Positions 1 through 14,830 of a stretch of 64,000 nt of DNA are shown here, in pieces. Below the pieces are notes generated by a model, which was not told the DNA's origin, did not search any database, and saw only the letters and a program-made list of their open reading frames with translations. Within the stretch, counting starts at the first letter, position 1. Each line of letters opens with the position of its first letter. Source of the DNA: Eledone cirrhosa (lineage: Eukaryota); assembly GCA_964016885.1 (NCBI GenBank), contig OZ024743.1, positions 291,834,001 to 291,898,000 of the forward strand. The letters run 5' to 3'. Both the position numbers and the translations under genes were made by a program.

Positions 1-524
1 ATATATATATATTTCGTTTCTGAATTTGTTTAGCAAGATTCTTTATCTGAAAACGTGTGTTGAAACCGATATTGTTATACTTTGGGAGGGTCATGTTGCC
101 AATAAGAAACACACGCACGAGTAGTTTCACTTCAATTTATTATAATAAATTTATAAATTTCCAGTTGGTTGGTTGGTTCCACAACCAGATGATTGTTTAT
201 ATATTGTCAAAGTTCGTTCGTCACACATTCTGTGACCTCTTCAGTTACTGGGGATTCTTTTCTTTGTTTTTGTACCTCTCCTTTGTTCTGTTCTACGCCA
301 TCTTGAAAAACAGGTAGAATTTCCAAAACTAATCACATTAGAGCAAACATCACGGACGCTCTATCTCAAAATTAATTTTGAAAAGCATGAGAAATGCGCA
401 ACCGGTAAAACTTAAAACCAAAACTGAATACTAACCAATACAATTACTAATTCTCACTTATTCCTAATTAAACTATTTTTCACTGTGAACAATTTGTCAG
501 CATTTTCTTTTCCGTTTACCAATA

Positions 525-555
<31 letters not shown>

Positions 556-665
556 TAGTTGCCTCTGCGTTCAGACTTATATCTAGAAACTTCATGAGTT
601 TTGAAAAATAACATGGATAGTCATGGCAACAGTGAGATGACAACAGTTTCAACAGTGTCAATCCC

Positions 666-1145
<480 letters not shown>

Positions 1146-1533
1146 GGCACATGGCTTAGGGGGTTAGATCATTGGCCTTGAATCGAAAGGTTGTGAGTTC
1201 AATTCTCAGTCTGGGTGATGTGTTGTTTGCTTGAGCAAGACACTTTATTTCACATTGCTCCAGTTTACTCAGATGTAGAATTGAGATGATAGGGACTGGA
1301 CTTTCTATCATTCCACTGCAAAGTGGTCGTGGAGGTCCCACGGCAAAAGAGCACCCAGCCCACTCTGTAAAGTGGGAGTGTAGGCGCCACGGAAAAAAAA
1401 CACTTAGCACTCACTGTAAATGAGGTTGGTGTTAGGAAGGGCACCTAACTGTAGAAATCAAGCCAGAATCAGTTCCCGTCCCACCCTTGCAAGCAGGGAA
1501 AATCGGACGTAAAATGATGATGATAATGATGAT
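1146..1533 (+). mobile_element. tRNA-derived SINE with CORE-like central domain and (ATG)n tail
   Basis: A-box-like TGGCTTAGGGGG, B-box-like GAGTTCAATTC, CORE-like CTTGAGCAAGACACTT...CAGTTT, 3' segment ending in ATGATGATG. Confidence 0.7.
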
Positions 1534-2632
1534 CTACATATATATATATATATATATACATGTTGTAATAACCCAGAAACATGTCGAATGTTCCTCAATG
1601 CTAGTTTTGGACAAACGGATGACTATTCGTCATCTGAAAGGCAAAGCTTTAATCGGGCAGTTTGTTTAAAAACGAATCGTATATTATTATTAATATTCGA
1701 TATAACCCATATGTACATACCTATATGTGTGTGTGTGTCTGTGTGTGTGTGTATGGTATATGTGTGTATGTATGCATACTTGTGTGTGTATGTGTATGTG
1801 TGTATGTGTGTATGTGTATGCATGTGTATGTGTGCATACTTACATTTATGTACCAGCTGTCCTACGGTGAGAAATAAAATTCTAGTTTTATCTCTCTCTC
1901 TCTCTCTATGTTCTCGATGTGTATCGGGAGGTTAGCCGTGTTACTAAAGGTACTCCATACGTTACTAGTTTACCGGCATATTGATTTTGTTTAGCATTTA
2001 CTTCTATAGTACTAGAAATGCTTCATTCATAAGAAATTGTTACTTGATTGTTGGCATTACTGTTGCTTTTGGATAAAATATTTTCAGTAGGGTATTGTTA
2101 TGATTGAATAAATCTACATAGTACCAGATCATTTTCTCTGGCTGTTTACAATTAATCTTATATGTATATTATATACACACTTCCCATTTCCTTCAGTTTA
2201 GAATGACGTCAAGTATGATTATAACTATGAAAATATTTATTTTTCAATAAACTTACAAAAATTGACGGGGTTATCCTCACTTGTCCAAGAAGAAATATAT
2301 AAATTAAACAAATGCAAATTCATAAAAACTAGAAGAGTACATTCAGTATTATTATTATTATTCATTCGTCTTTATCAATTATGCAAATACCAACAAATCA
2401 CATACACAACAGTAGAGAATACAAATATATAGATACATAGATGTTGAATAATAGAAGATCGACTGTGGAGACATCGTTCGAGCATTAAAAATTTGAAAGC
2501 CAACGGCATCAGTTCATATGTAATCAAATAAAAGGATTTTAAGCCCTACGATTTCCACTACCAACTCAATTGATTCCCGAAAGGAAAACAGGAATATTAC
2601 AAACTATGCATCATTTAACTGATACCAATGTA

Positions 2633-2788
<156 letters not shown>

Positions 2789-2841
2789 GTAAATTCTGAA
2801 AATAGGGGAATTATTACTCAATACACGTTATACTATTAATT

Positions 2842-3024
2842 AATTGTTTCTACTATTGGCACAAGGCCAGAAATTACCCAGTACATTACTGGTACTTTAT
2901 TTTATCGACCCCGTAAGGATGAAAGGCAAAGTTAACCTCGGCGGGATTTGAACTCAGAATAGCAAGGGCCGTAACTCTATGCATCAAAGCATGGCGTCCG
3001 ACCCTCTACCGATACTGCCAATCC
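2842..3024 (-). mobile_element. tRNA-derived SINE (Meta-domain-like family, copy 1)
   Basis: Reverse complement of 10332-10520: GAGTTCAAATCCCGCCGAGGTTAACTTTGCCTTTCATCCTTACGGGGTCGATAAAATAAAGTACCAG. Confidence 0.85.
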
Positions 3025-3767
3025 AATTAATTAATATCTTGGAAACGGTTGTATCATTTTCTTGCTACAACGCATTTAATGTTACAGATCTTTCACCAGT
3101 TTCCTGTATGAGTTCATGCACATGAACATGAACATAGACACATATACATTCATATTTTACATACACATATATAGGTACATACATACAGAGAACACTAGAT
3201 ATAAGTGAAGTGTTACCCTATACAATTTGGAAAGATATTTTCCTTAGAGATTCAATTAGATCGCACATTGAGCGAAAGAAAATAGCTACCGATATACCGA
3301 TAGTTAGATAAAATCTTGAAGAAAGCTGAAAATATCCACAGCTTGAAATATTTACTCTCCTCTATTATCAGGATTGAAAAAATCACTGTAATATTTTTGC
3401 TCCCAGAAAGCCTAACGCTCTACTAGAATAGAACGTGCATATTCCGACTGTTTCTTGCTGATTGAACAGAAATATGTAATGAAAGCATGAGATTTAAAGA
3501 AACAAAACCATTATCTCAAAAAAAAACAACATCGTTATCTCGCAAGGCCCGTAAAAAATATATTATATTTTAATATGATTATAACTATTTTTATGCATGA
3601 GCATACATGCGCATTTGTATATGTATATTGGTGTTTGTGTATTTTGCGCACGGGTTGGAGAGTGTGTGTGTTCATATATAGATACTAATACACCAGTGCA
3701 TTTTACACCTGAGAATTCTCAAACAAGATCATATGTACGATGTTATACACACACATAATTTACACGT

Positions 3768-3816
<49 letters not shown>

Positions 3817-3915
3817 TATTGAAGTGTCCGTTGAAAATTGAAAGAGTCATAGGAATGAAGAGTGCTCTATGTAAGTTACAGAGCTAAATTTAATGTATAA
3901 TAAACAATACAATAT

Positions 3916-3993
3916 AATTACCTCATTACCAGAGGTTTCCTGAATAAGACGAATACAAGAAAAGTCTTCATTCGTTCGTCAGACAAGGCAATT
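3916..3993 (-). ncRNA. Type I hammerhead ribozyme (family A)
   Basis: AAUUGCCUUGU-CUGACGA-stem II (GAAUGAAGAC/GUCUUAUUC)-GAAACC-UCU-GGUA-AUGAGGUAAUU; 11-bp stem I fully paired (3 GU), GUA cleavage triplet. Confidence 0.8.
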
Positions 3994-4780
3994 TAAAACA
4001 TAGTGAAATATTTGAAAAATCTCCTCAAGAAAGGCAAAAGTTTAACGGGCAAAAAAAATTGTAAATTAAAGTAATGCAAGAGATATATAAAAATAAAATA
4101 AGGAAATATAGTTAAGGTATGTATATAAATGTGTGTATATGCACTCACAAATGTACATATGTGTGTATGTGCAAATGCATGTGTATAGTGAAAAAATGTG
4201 TGCGTAAGTACATACATGAGGGCAAGCATATCAGGGAATGTGTGACCACAAATACGTATATAATATATGTTGAAAAAAGAAATTGTAAGATAATAGAGTT
4301 AGCGTACAAACAGACTCAGGGACTAAGGATTGAAATATATACTCATGCAAGTATGAAAGCACGCGTATAAACACACACGCGCAACCACATAGATGCAAAT
4401 GATATATACAGGGAAGGGAGTGTATCAGTCAAAGCAGTGTCAGGCTGGAGGTCGATACATATATAAAAAATGTAAAATATGAAAATGAAAAAATGAAAAA
4501 AATATATTAGAATAAAAAAATTAAATCAAAGAGAAAGTAAGAGGGAGGGGTTATCAATTATAAAGTAACACTAGAAAAAGTAGTAACACATACATAGGTT
4601 CGTATACACACATATATATATTAAAATATATATATAAATACGTAGAGACAAAAGCACATACATGGGTACATACATACTAAAGCGCGCATACATACACACG
4701 AATCACATATATATACGTACATGTACATCTAATCTCACGCACGCACGCGACTATAAATATATATATACACATACACATAT

Positions 4781-4849
<69 letters not shown>

Positions 4850-5983
4850 GATATACACACACACACATATATATAAGTATGTAAAACACATAGATATAAA
4901 AACACACATACACACACACATATACACACACACGCGCACATGCGAATGCATTCGTATATATATACAAACACGCATACACACACATGCACGCTCACACGCA
5001 TAGATACAATATAAAAACCAGCCGTATGAATGAGTACAAATTATACGCAAGTACACATACATAAAAGCGGCTGAGAGACAACAGAATATACTGGGCGTTG
5101 AAAATGCAAGTGACAAGTGATATCAGGTAGTGAAAGAAAATGGGGAAGTAAAATATGTAAAATTGTGAAGATATAAAGTAAGTGAATCAAAAAGAAGGGG
5201 GTGGGGTGAGGGGGAGGGGGTCACTGGTGGATGTGAAGTAAAAATAATGTTAAAACTAAAAATAAAAGTAAATCAGAATGAGAAGTTTGTAAAGAGAGTA
5301 ATTTAAGGAAACTGAAGAACAAGAGTTTATGGAGGATATGTATCTGAAAGTGAGGTAAGTTTATATGAGCTGGAAAACAAGTGTGATTTCATGTGTGGGC
5401 AACAAGTGAAAATTTCTGTTTTTGCATTTAGGCAGGTTTTTGGTGATTTAAAATCTGTAAAATCCAATATTTTTCACTTATGCAGAGGGCGCATCTTCTT
5501 GTTTCGCTTGCATATTCTTTAGATTGGTTCAAAATTGACCAATTTAATTTATATTGGATACTTTGGTCTTTCAAATCCCATATATATTCTGCTAGCCAGA
5601 GCCGTTGTAAATCTTATTTCAGGATGTCGGAAAGATGCGACATGTGAGTAATAACGCATTTTGAATTTGTCTTGTGTCATACCCACATATCGTTCGCTGG
5701 TGGCTGATAGGTTATTGCTGGTGGTTGTCACTTTAGCCGCATATACACTGGCTTCGGTATTGTATTTACCTTGTAATGGGCATTCATTTTTGACTCTACA
5801 GGAGCAATTTTGATGTTATCTGCGTATTTTCTTATTGAGGATATCAGATTTAATAGGGGGACCGCAGGATATTGACACAGTTTTGTTTATATATCTCTTA
5901 CATTACTTTTATTTATATATTTGTTTGCCCGTTAAAACTATGCCTTTCTTAAGGAGGTTTTTCAAATATTTCACTATGTTTTA

Positions 5984-6061
5984 AATTGCCTTCTCTGACG
6001 AACGAATGAGGACGTTTCTTGTATTCGTCTTATTCGGGAAACCTCTGGTAATGAGGTGATT
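5984..6061 (+). ncRNA. Type I hammerhead ribozyme (family A, inverted copy)
   Basis: CTGACGA at 5995-6001, GAAAC at 6038-6042, GTA at 6048-6050; stem I has one mismatch. Confidence 0.75.
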
Positions 6062-6114
6062 ATATTGTATTGTTTATTATACATTATAAATATATACATA
6101 TATATATAACCAGA

Positions 6115-6213
<99 letters not shown>

Positions 6214-6400
6214 CGATAAATCTACCAAAATATAAGGTAGTGTCCAATCCGTATGAAGAACTCAATGTAATCCAAATATCACGAAAAGAGAAGATATATT
6301 CAAAAACTTTTTTCGGTGAAAATCACAGGAAAACCGAGTCAAGATAAATTAATAAAAACAATGAATAAAAACAAAGAAACAGTTCCTTATATTAAAAAAT

Positions 6401-6540
6401 TCATCATTTTACGATCGTTTCTAGGATATATATATGTATGTTGGTATGTATATCATATAGATCTATGTAAACATTTTACAAACTATCAGAAGGAATATAC
6501 ATACCTACACATATATATATGCTCTCTTCAGAAATAATGA
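6401..6540 (-). ncRNA. Type I hammerhead ribozyme (family B, long stem II)
   Basis: UCAUUAUUU-CUGAAGA-...-GAAAC-GAUC-GUA-AAAUGAUGA; stem II AUAUAUAUAUGU/ACAUAUAUAUAU closing a large loop. Confidence 0.7.
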
Positions 6541-7466
6541 TATTTGTTTATTGAAAAATAACAACAAAGATTTAATAATAAAATAACAATAAAGATTTAA
6601 CATAATGTTTGGGAACAGGTTTTGAATTGACCAATAGAAAAGTAGTAAGTGGTCAAGTTGATGGAATAGTAGTAGTAGAAATTTAATTTAGGGGTAGAGG
6701 AATGTAGACTTCAGTTTTGAATGGAATGAATATTTTGAATGAAAAGATTACTTTGGGGATGAAAAGAGGTCAAGCCGGTGAAAGGTAGACGAAAATGTGA
6801 TGGTATTAAAGAATAATGCTAATGTTAAAATTGAAGGAGAATAAAATTTTAGGATAAATGTGTTAGTGTGAAATACCAATCTTATTTAAAACATAAGGAA
6901 TTTAGATCTATAAAAAGACATTACATTAATTTAATTGATAGGTATGCTTCTAGGGATAAATTTATATTAATTCATATAGATGTGATAAATAAGAGATAGA
7001 TGTTATTAAAGAATGTTGTTAAAAACGAAGGAAAAAATCTTTGTGGGGATAAATGTATTAGTGAGAAATAACAAACTTATATAGACTACAAGGAATTTAG
7101 ATTCATAACAGGAAATTAAAATAGTTTATATGTATACTTATAGGTATTAATTTTAGGAAAAGATACCTGTAAAAGGGAAATAAAATTATGAAGTTCTCAG
7201 TAGTAAAATACTAATTATAGGTTAACTAAATTGAAAAAAACTAATTATAATAATTTGTAAAATATAAGTGTATATTAATTAGGTTTATAATATTTGAAAG
7301 TTCTTCTATGATTGCACGATATAATTAATTCTTGTTACTCATTTAATAGGATATCCTTAGATTTCATTATTTGAAAAAAAATGTTTCTATTGTTCAATTC
7401 AAAACCTGTTCCCAAACAGACATATTATAATAAATCTTTGTTGTTGTTTTTTTCAATAAACAGATA

Positions 7467-7606
7467 TCATTATTTCTGAAAACAACATATATATATGTGT
7501 AGGTATGTATATTCCCTCTGATAGTTTGTAAAATGTTTACATAGATCTATATGATATACACACCAACACACACATATATATCCTAGAAACGATCGTAAAG
7601 TGATGA
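7467..7606 (+). ncRNA. Hammerhead family B copy with core mutation (CUGAAAA), probably inactive
   Basis: Inverted copy of 6401-6540 with G8 changed to A. Confidence 0.55.
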
Positions 7607-7657
7607 ATTTTTTTATATAAGGAACTGTTTCTTTGTTTGTATTCATTGTTTTTATTA

Positions 7658-7756
<99 letters not shown>

Positions 7757-7775
7757 ATATATATATATATATTTG

Positions 7776-7806
<31 letters not shown>

Positions 7807-7853
7807 ATGTATGTATGTATGTATGCATGTAAGTATGTATGCATGTATGTATC

Positions 7854-7938
<85 letters not shown>

Positions 7939-7964
7939 CTCTGTCTGTGTATCCCGGGTTCAAT

Positions 7965-8280
7965 TTCCTTCGAATGACACAGTTCTAGTTCTGAAGTACT
8001 TTTTCAAGAGGATGCTGTGAGAATCAATCTTCTTCAACTGATCCTGCTGGATTCCCAATGAAGACCAGTTGATCTCATGGATGTTATCCAATCACCTTGC
8101 TTAAGGTGGGTCTTGTCAGAAGCAACCATCTCCAACAGATACGGCTGGATCCCTAAGCGAGCCTTGTCAAGCACACGGATGTTAAACAACCATCTTGCTC
8201 GGAGTCTATAACCCTGGGTCTGCTGCCGATTGTTTTTTGCCGTAAAATCTGTCCAACGATCTTTCCTCTCTCATTCTAAA
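7965..8280 (-). mobile_element. Degenerate RTE-like LINE 3' fragment(s)
   Basis: Nucleotide similarity to 43800-43900 (CGAGCAAGAT...GGATCCAGCC); LDNIHEINWSSLGIQ-type translation. Confidence 0.45.
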
Positions 8281-9393
8281 CACATACTTATGAGCATGCT
8301 ATGCGTGTGCTATAAATGTACTTACTATGTATACACATATATGATATACCTGGCTTTAATTACAGAAGGTGGTGATTATTTCAACAAGTAAAATTTCTCA
8401 TCTTGATTCTATAGTAAGTTTAGACATAGCACAATAAGTTGTAGACGGATCAGCAAAACTTGTTTTTTGCTATCAAAAATACTATATGCTACTATTGTTG
8501 TTGTTTTTGTCGTCTAGAATAGCATCAGATGTTGTTATTGCTTTTGTTGTTGCTGCTATTCTGCTCTTTTGATACGAAGATTAGCATAAGATCTTTTTTC
8601 AAATGATTAATGGATAACAAAGATACATATATATTTTTTTTTAATATCTATTGAGATTTTAGTAAAGTGTGACACTACACACATAGAAGTGATTAGTCAT
8701 TCTTCCCTCTACTTCCCACTTCAATTTTACATATTTTATTCTTCCATCGCGTACTTAGATAATGTATATTATATAGTTTTAACCCATAAAAAACATGATG
8801 TCATGTGATTCTAGTTTAAACTTATATCTATATTACATTGTCGTAATTTTCAATACGTTTGCTAATCTACCTAAGAAGAAATAAATCACTCTCCGTTCAT
8901 GACTAAAAGTATAATACGTTAGAGGGTAGCAATGTTAAACGCAGTTATTTTCAGCTACCGGATTCGAATAACCGGAAATTAAGTGCTGAAATGCAGGACG
9001 CAACGCAACATCATGTACATGTGTTTATCGTGAAGCCATTATAAGAGCTGGTCTGTACACATTTCTGTGTATCTAAATATTGTGAATAGGTAATGTAGAT
9101 ATAAAGGATTCAGTCTTAAAATGTATTGGATAGCAATTGCATCTCCAGTGTTTCTTGTCATTATAGTATTATTCTCATTAGAACAAATATATATATTTAG
9201 TTCGTTTGATTTAACTTTTATAGCTGAAAGTTAGATGAAACACTACCAGATGAGTTGTGCTAGTAATCAAATCTTAATACCACTTATTTTACTTCATTCA
9301 CAATATGTTTGTAGAAAGAATGTGTGCCACGCATCACATTCTCACTTACTTCAAACTAAAAAGCTTTTGATCCTTGCAAAAAATAACTGGAAT

Positions 9394-9425
<32 letters not shown>

Positions 9426-9469
9426 TACATACATACATACATACATACATACATACATACATACATACA

Positions 9470-9500
<31 letters not shown>

Positions 9501-9625
9501 GGATGAAAATAAGTTGGGAAATGTAAGGAGGTATATCTTCAGAAATAATAGACTCACCGACACTGAACTAACTGCGGCCAAGCAGGCTGTGGAGAATCAC
9601 ATGAATATAAATGATGAAGTATATG

Positions 9626-9657
<32 letters not shown>

Positions 9658-9667
9658 ATATATATGT

Positions 9668-9754
<87 letters not shown>

Positions 9755-9772
9755 TAGATAGATAGATAGATA

Positions 9773-10315
9773 TATTCTCCACAGCCTGCTTGGCCGCAGT
9801 TAGTTCAGTGTCTGTGAGTCTATTATTTCTGAAGATATACCTCCTTACATTTCCTAACTTATTTTCATCCATATCACGTCTGCTAGCTTGATTCCGAGTT
9901 TTCCAGATTTTGTAGGAGTTTAAAGTGTCTTGTGATGGCTTACCTAATGCATAGTAATATGCATATATTACTTCTTTATACTCTTCTCGGGTCCATTTCA
10001 TCCTTTTAGGTTTTTCTTTTTGAGGTAGTTTGCGTGGTGGATCTGGAGGGCTCGAGTTGGGGCAATCCCCGATCAAGTGACCATCCAGGTCCATAATTGG
10101 AGAAGAGTTTGTGCCAGAGGAGGACTTTTCGATCTCAGGTTGGCACCTTCCTGTGGGACGCGCTTCCTGATTAACCATAGGAAAAGCGATTTGGTATTGT
10201 GTATTAATTTTTATTTGTTCATCTCGCAGTACATGCTTGCGTTACGCATGGTATTGGACGTACATGGAAAGTTGCCCGGCTCTTTGGGTAGTGCATTTGC
10301 TGGCTGGCACTGAGA
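9773..10315 (-). mobile_element. 5' end/N-terminal fragment of an R4/Dong-type LINE, with a short inverted duplicate at 9497-9597
   Basis: ORF 9597-10178 [19 protein letters not shown]...YKIWK resembles the N-terminus of the Dong copy at 14373-14714 (KWTRTNWTKELN...MHNIW); 5' end abuts (ATT)n. Confidence 0.65.
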
Positions 10316-10331
10316 TATTATTATTATTATA

Positions 10332-10520
10332 GGGCGGTGAATTGGCAGTATTGGTAGAGGGTAAGACATGCTTTCCAGCATAGTTACGTCCATCTACGAT
10401 CTGAGTTCAAATCCCGCCGAGGTTAACTTTGCCTTTCATCCTTACGGGGTCGATAAAATAAAGTACCAGTGATGTACTAGTTAATTGCTGGCCTTGTGCC
10501 AAAAGTAGAAACAATTATTA
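10332..10520 (+). mobile_element. tRNA-derived SINE (copy 2)
   Basis: GGGCGGTG..TGGCAG head, B box GAGTTCAAATCCC, tail CCTTGTGCCAAAAGTAGAAACAATTATTA; preceded by (ATT)n. Confidence 0.88.
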
Positions 10521-10986
10521 CTATTATAACAGTATAGTTATGGTCATTGCTGTTGTTGATTGAGGTGATATTGTTATGGTTGCAGCTGTAAGAGGTGTAC
10601 GAGAATTTTCTCAACTGTTCTTGTGGTGTGAGTGGTGTTGGTGGTGGTGGCATGCAGATTAATGCTGGGTGTGGGGGTGCTGGGAGTGGTATTTAGTATT
10701 TTTTTTCTTCCCCTTTGTTTTGTCCTTTATGTGGGCTCCATACACATACATAAATATACACTCACGCGTGCATACTTATACACACGTATGTATATACACA
10801 TATATATATATACCCACACGTTAGACACTGAGAAGGGAGGTAGGTAGCAGTCAGTGACTGTAGTTTAAAAATAGATTGGGGATTTACTGGTGTGAATGTG
10901 TGTGGGAGTGGTTGTCAATGTAGTGGGGGAGAGGGAAGTGATCTTTCAACTGCCCATTTTCCTTTTTTGTTTATTATTATTATTTT

Positions 10987-11274
10987 TGGCAGTATCGGTA
11001 GAGGGTCGGACGCGATGATTTCCAGCATAGTTACGTCCCTTTACGATCTGAGTTCAAATCCCGTCGAGGTTAACTTTGCCTTTCATCCTTACGGGGTCGA
11101 TAAAATAAAGTACCAGTAATGCACTGTTATTTGCTGGCCTTGTGCCTAAAGTAGAAACAATTATTTTAACTTTGCCTTTCATCATCACGGGGTCGATAAA
11201 ATAAAGTACCAGTAATACACTGGTTAATTGCTGGCCTTGTGCCAAAACTAGAAACAATTATTATTATTATTATT
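10987..11274 (+). mobile_element. tRNA-derived SINE (copy 3) plus tandem 5'-truncated copy (11167-11274)
   Basis: Same consensus; the 3' half is repeated; the (ATT)n tail abuts the Dong 3' end. Confidence 0.85.
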
Positions 11275-14200
11275 GTTCTTTGAGTCTCAGTCGTTGATGT
11301 TATTTAACTAGAAAGTTTGTTGAAATGAATATCAAGCCACTACTTGCAGCCTCAGATATTCAGGACGTATCGAAGAATTCTTGCTGTTCCCAGAAAGCAT
11401 GCCTTTTGAAGTGTTCCAAAAAGCGGTGCTGGTCTAATCTTCTTTAACCATCCTTGGAAACTATTTGAGATAGTACCTAGTGCGCCTATGACAATCGGGA
11501 TCACTTTGACTTCATGGCAGTTCCAAATCCTTTTTCCTTCCCACTTTAAGTCCTGGTATCGGTTAAATTTCTCCCTTTCCTTTTCTTGCAATCTGGTATC
11601 AAATGGGCAGGCTACATCTACAATCAGGCACGATCTTTTTTTCTTGTCCAAAATCACAAGGTCAGGCCTATTGTGTTCTAATTTCTTGTCCGTCGGTATC
11701 CAAAAATCCCACACTACCTTCACCTGATCGTTTTCTATCACCGATTCTGGCCTATGCTCATACCACATCTCAGAATGTGGTAAATTGTTTACTTTGCCTA
11801 GATGCCAGTGGATCACCCTGCCTATCACGTCATGTTTCCAGCCTTTATAGTTGTTATTTCCTCCTTGGACAGTCTCCACTCTCTCTCCATAGATCCTATA
11901 CAGTGGGCTAGCCTCCTCCTTGTAAGTATGGTGTTTCACCCACTCGTTCTGAGGGCCTGCTCTTGCGTAGCCATTAGGATTCATTCTGTAACCTTTTTAA
12001 GGTCTCCTCTTTTTAACCAGTTCCATGTCTGTGGATCTCTAAATTCAGTTTTCTTAAAGAAGCTACTATGAAGGGATTTTTCATGGAGGTTGCACTTCCT
12101 CCTTGTTGTTATTTCCTCCTTGGACATCCCCTGGTCTATTGTCTTCTCCTTCAGTACAATTTTGGGCATTGGCTCCCTACTGTTAGTCACGTATTTGTAC
12201 AGGTTGTTTCTCTCCATCTGAACACAGTCCTCTATGGTGATAAGACCTCTTCCACCTTCAGATCTCTTTAAGTAGAGTCTATCGACATCACTCCTCTTGT
12301 AGAACATGTTGTAGATAGTCAATAGCTTCCTAGTCTTCCTATCCATTTCTTTTTGTTCAGCAACATTCCATTTCAGAATTCCCGCGCTGTACCTTATAAT
12401 AGACACAGCTCGGGATTTCACTGCACCTATCACATTCCTACTATTTAGATGTGATTTTAATACGCTACCTACTCTCCTAATGTATTCAGATCTTATCAAT
12501 TCCTTCATGTTTTAGTTCTTGTTTTCATCAGCCTCCAGAACACCCAAATACTTGTATTCTTCTTCAGTGTCAATTTCCTTTATCATCTCACCTGTTGGTA
12601 CCAGGATTTCGTTGCTTCTGCTCAATTTACCCCTCTTCATCACAAGAACTCCACACTTATTAATACCAAATTGCATACATATATCATTGCTGAAAATACG
12701 GACAGTGTCAACAAGTATATCCAACTCCTTCTCACTCTTCCCAAAGAGTTTAAGATCATCCATGAATAGGAGGTGGTTGATGGTAAGCTCTCTTTCCCCC
12801 AAATTTTATCCTGCTCTCACTTTTCGCAATATAACGGTCAGGGGTATCAGGGCAAGGACAAACAGCAGAGGGGACAAACTATCTTCTTCACGCCTCCCAA
12901 GGATTCTCCACCCTACATACATTTGCTAAACAACTGTTTGAAGTTATCTGCCACCTTGAGATCTCTAGGCTTTTGGTTATCCAAGAATGAGGTACCATGT
13001 TGAATGCCCTTTTGTAATCTATCCACCCACCCTATGGCAAGACCAGTGTGTCTCTTCTTCCAATTCCTCATTACCATCTTATCAATAAGTAACTGGTCTT
13101 TTGTACCACGGAACTTCTTTCGGCATCCTTTCTGTTCGTCCGGTAACAAGTTGTTTATGTGGAGGTGATGATAGACTCCCTCAGACACAATGCTTGTTAA
13201 CAGTTTCCACATTACGGAGAGACATGTGATAGGTCTATAGTTGGTAACATCATTACCCTTGATTCGGTCTTTCATTACCAGAACTATGGTACCTTTTGTC
13301 AACCACTCTGGCACCTCTCCCGACATCAAGCAGTCATTGAACATGGATGTCAGTTTCGGGTGGAGGGATGTTATATTTTTAATCCAATACCTCTGCACAC
13401 CATCTGGGCTTGGTGATTTCTACTTGATTAGTTTTTTGGACTGCTCTTTAAGAGTTTCAACTGAGATACTCTAATCAGGTTGTTGGTGCTCTTGTTCACT
13501 AATCTCCTTTTGTATTGTCTCAACCCACACTGCCTGACTATTATGTTCAACATCCTGCTCCCATATTCCTCTCCAGAATGTCTTAGTCTGTTCCCTCTCA
13601 GGGATCAAGTCGTTGCCTCTTTCTTTCCCTTCAAGCTGCCCAAACAACACCATCTGGTTGTTGTCAAACCTGCGGTTCTGTCTATACTGACTGACTCTGC
13701 TCTCATACCGCCTAATCTTTGCACTTTTTGCTACAATGCGTTGCTTCAGTTCCTCTATGGTAATATTTAGCTTTTTCCCCCTAGCTTTGTACTTTATTTC
13801 CAATCTATTTTTAGTGTCTATGTTTTGTAATGTCCCATTCAGTAAGAACTCAAACTTTCCAATGTCTTTTCTCATTTCCTTCATTTGAACATTCAGTCGT
13901 TTCTTCCACCAAGGTTCTGATCTTTCTTATTTGTTGTTTCCTCTCGTATTTATGCCAAGTAATTTCCTCACCGCATTTGCTATTGCTTTGAGGATATTGT
14001 TGCATTGGTGAAGGTTCCTACCCTCAAGGTATGGGATGACTTTGTTTACCCTAGCTGTTGTTTCTTTTAACTTTTTCCAGTCTACAAATCATAGGTTCAT
14101 AGGTTTTCCACTATCATTGTTCATTTCCTCTACCACTATGTTCAGGATATCAACCATATCTTGTACTAGCCCGTCAGTATTCATTTCCTCAATGGCCGTA

Positions 14201-14830
14201 TCTTTCTTGCAGATGTTATTTATTTCAGCATTCAGATCATTGTCTGCTTCGGAAGCTTCCTCGGGTCTCTCAACCTCTTCACCTTTATTTCCAACTGGCT
14301 CGTTTGTCCGGCATACTCCACTCTCCATTTCCAACTTAATCTCTCTGCTCCGTCCCTCCAGTTCCAACTCGCTTATCCCTCCATTAGTTCTATTACCCGA
14401 GCCTGACCGGCCAATTTTTGTTCCTCTAATTTAAATAGACCAATCTCGTTCCAGATGTTATGCATCCGCTTCCTATAGCCATTTTCCATGGTGTTACTCT
14501 TCAAGTAACATTCCATGACAGTTCTATTCAATTCTTTCGTCCAGTTGGTTCTTGTCCATTTCCTTCTTCTTCTTCTTCTTCCTCCAACACCAGCAGTATT
14601 TGGTTGACAGCCATGTCCCTGCTGCTGGGCCAGAGAGCACTTGCTGAGTGAGAGTCTTTCACATGCCGTTCCAGTCTCCTCTTCACCGTTATTCGAACTG
14701 TTTAGGTTCGACATTTAAACACTCATATCGAGGATTGGTGAATGTATGGTTACATAACCACCGGTGATTTAATCACCCCCAGTGATTTCATCACCCCCGG
14801 TGATTTTAGCGTGGCATCATCACTCTGTAG
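11275..14830 (-). mobile_element. R4/Dong-type non-LTR retrotransposon, near full length, frameshifted (RT plus restriction-like endonuclease)
   Basis: NYRPITCL, EQKGC, DQLLID, NHLLFMDDLKLF, YKYLG, GGRGL, KHD..HW, NRPDLVILDK..IVDVACPFD..EKFNRYQDL; 3' end abuts (AAT)n. Confidence 0.92.

Larger units (their letters stand above)
3815..6090 (-). mobile_element. 5'-truncated Penelope-like element: GIY-YIG remnant, long 3' region, pseudo-LTR at ~3815-4080 and inverted pseudo-LTR at ~5880-6090
   Basis: Minus-strand CSCRVKNECPLQG...SVYAAKV...RYVGMTQDKFKMRYYSH (ORF 5549-5731 and flanks); 3895-4060 and 5915-6085 are inverted copies. Confidence 0.85.
6215..7660 (-). mobile_element. Penelope-like 3' region/pseudo-LTR pair in inverted arrangement (related to element at 33270-37985)
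   Basis: ~6345-6635 and ~7390-7660 are inverted copies; 6215-6640 is similar to 33265-33680. Confidence 0.75.

Noticed and set aside
10332-10420. tRNA gene
   Set aside because: A/B-box-like head belongs to a multi-copy SINE; no complete cloverleaf
14759-14810. CRISPR-like short palindromic repeats
   Set aside because: No unique spacers, no cas genes, and the repeats lie in a eukaryotic LINE 5' region
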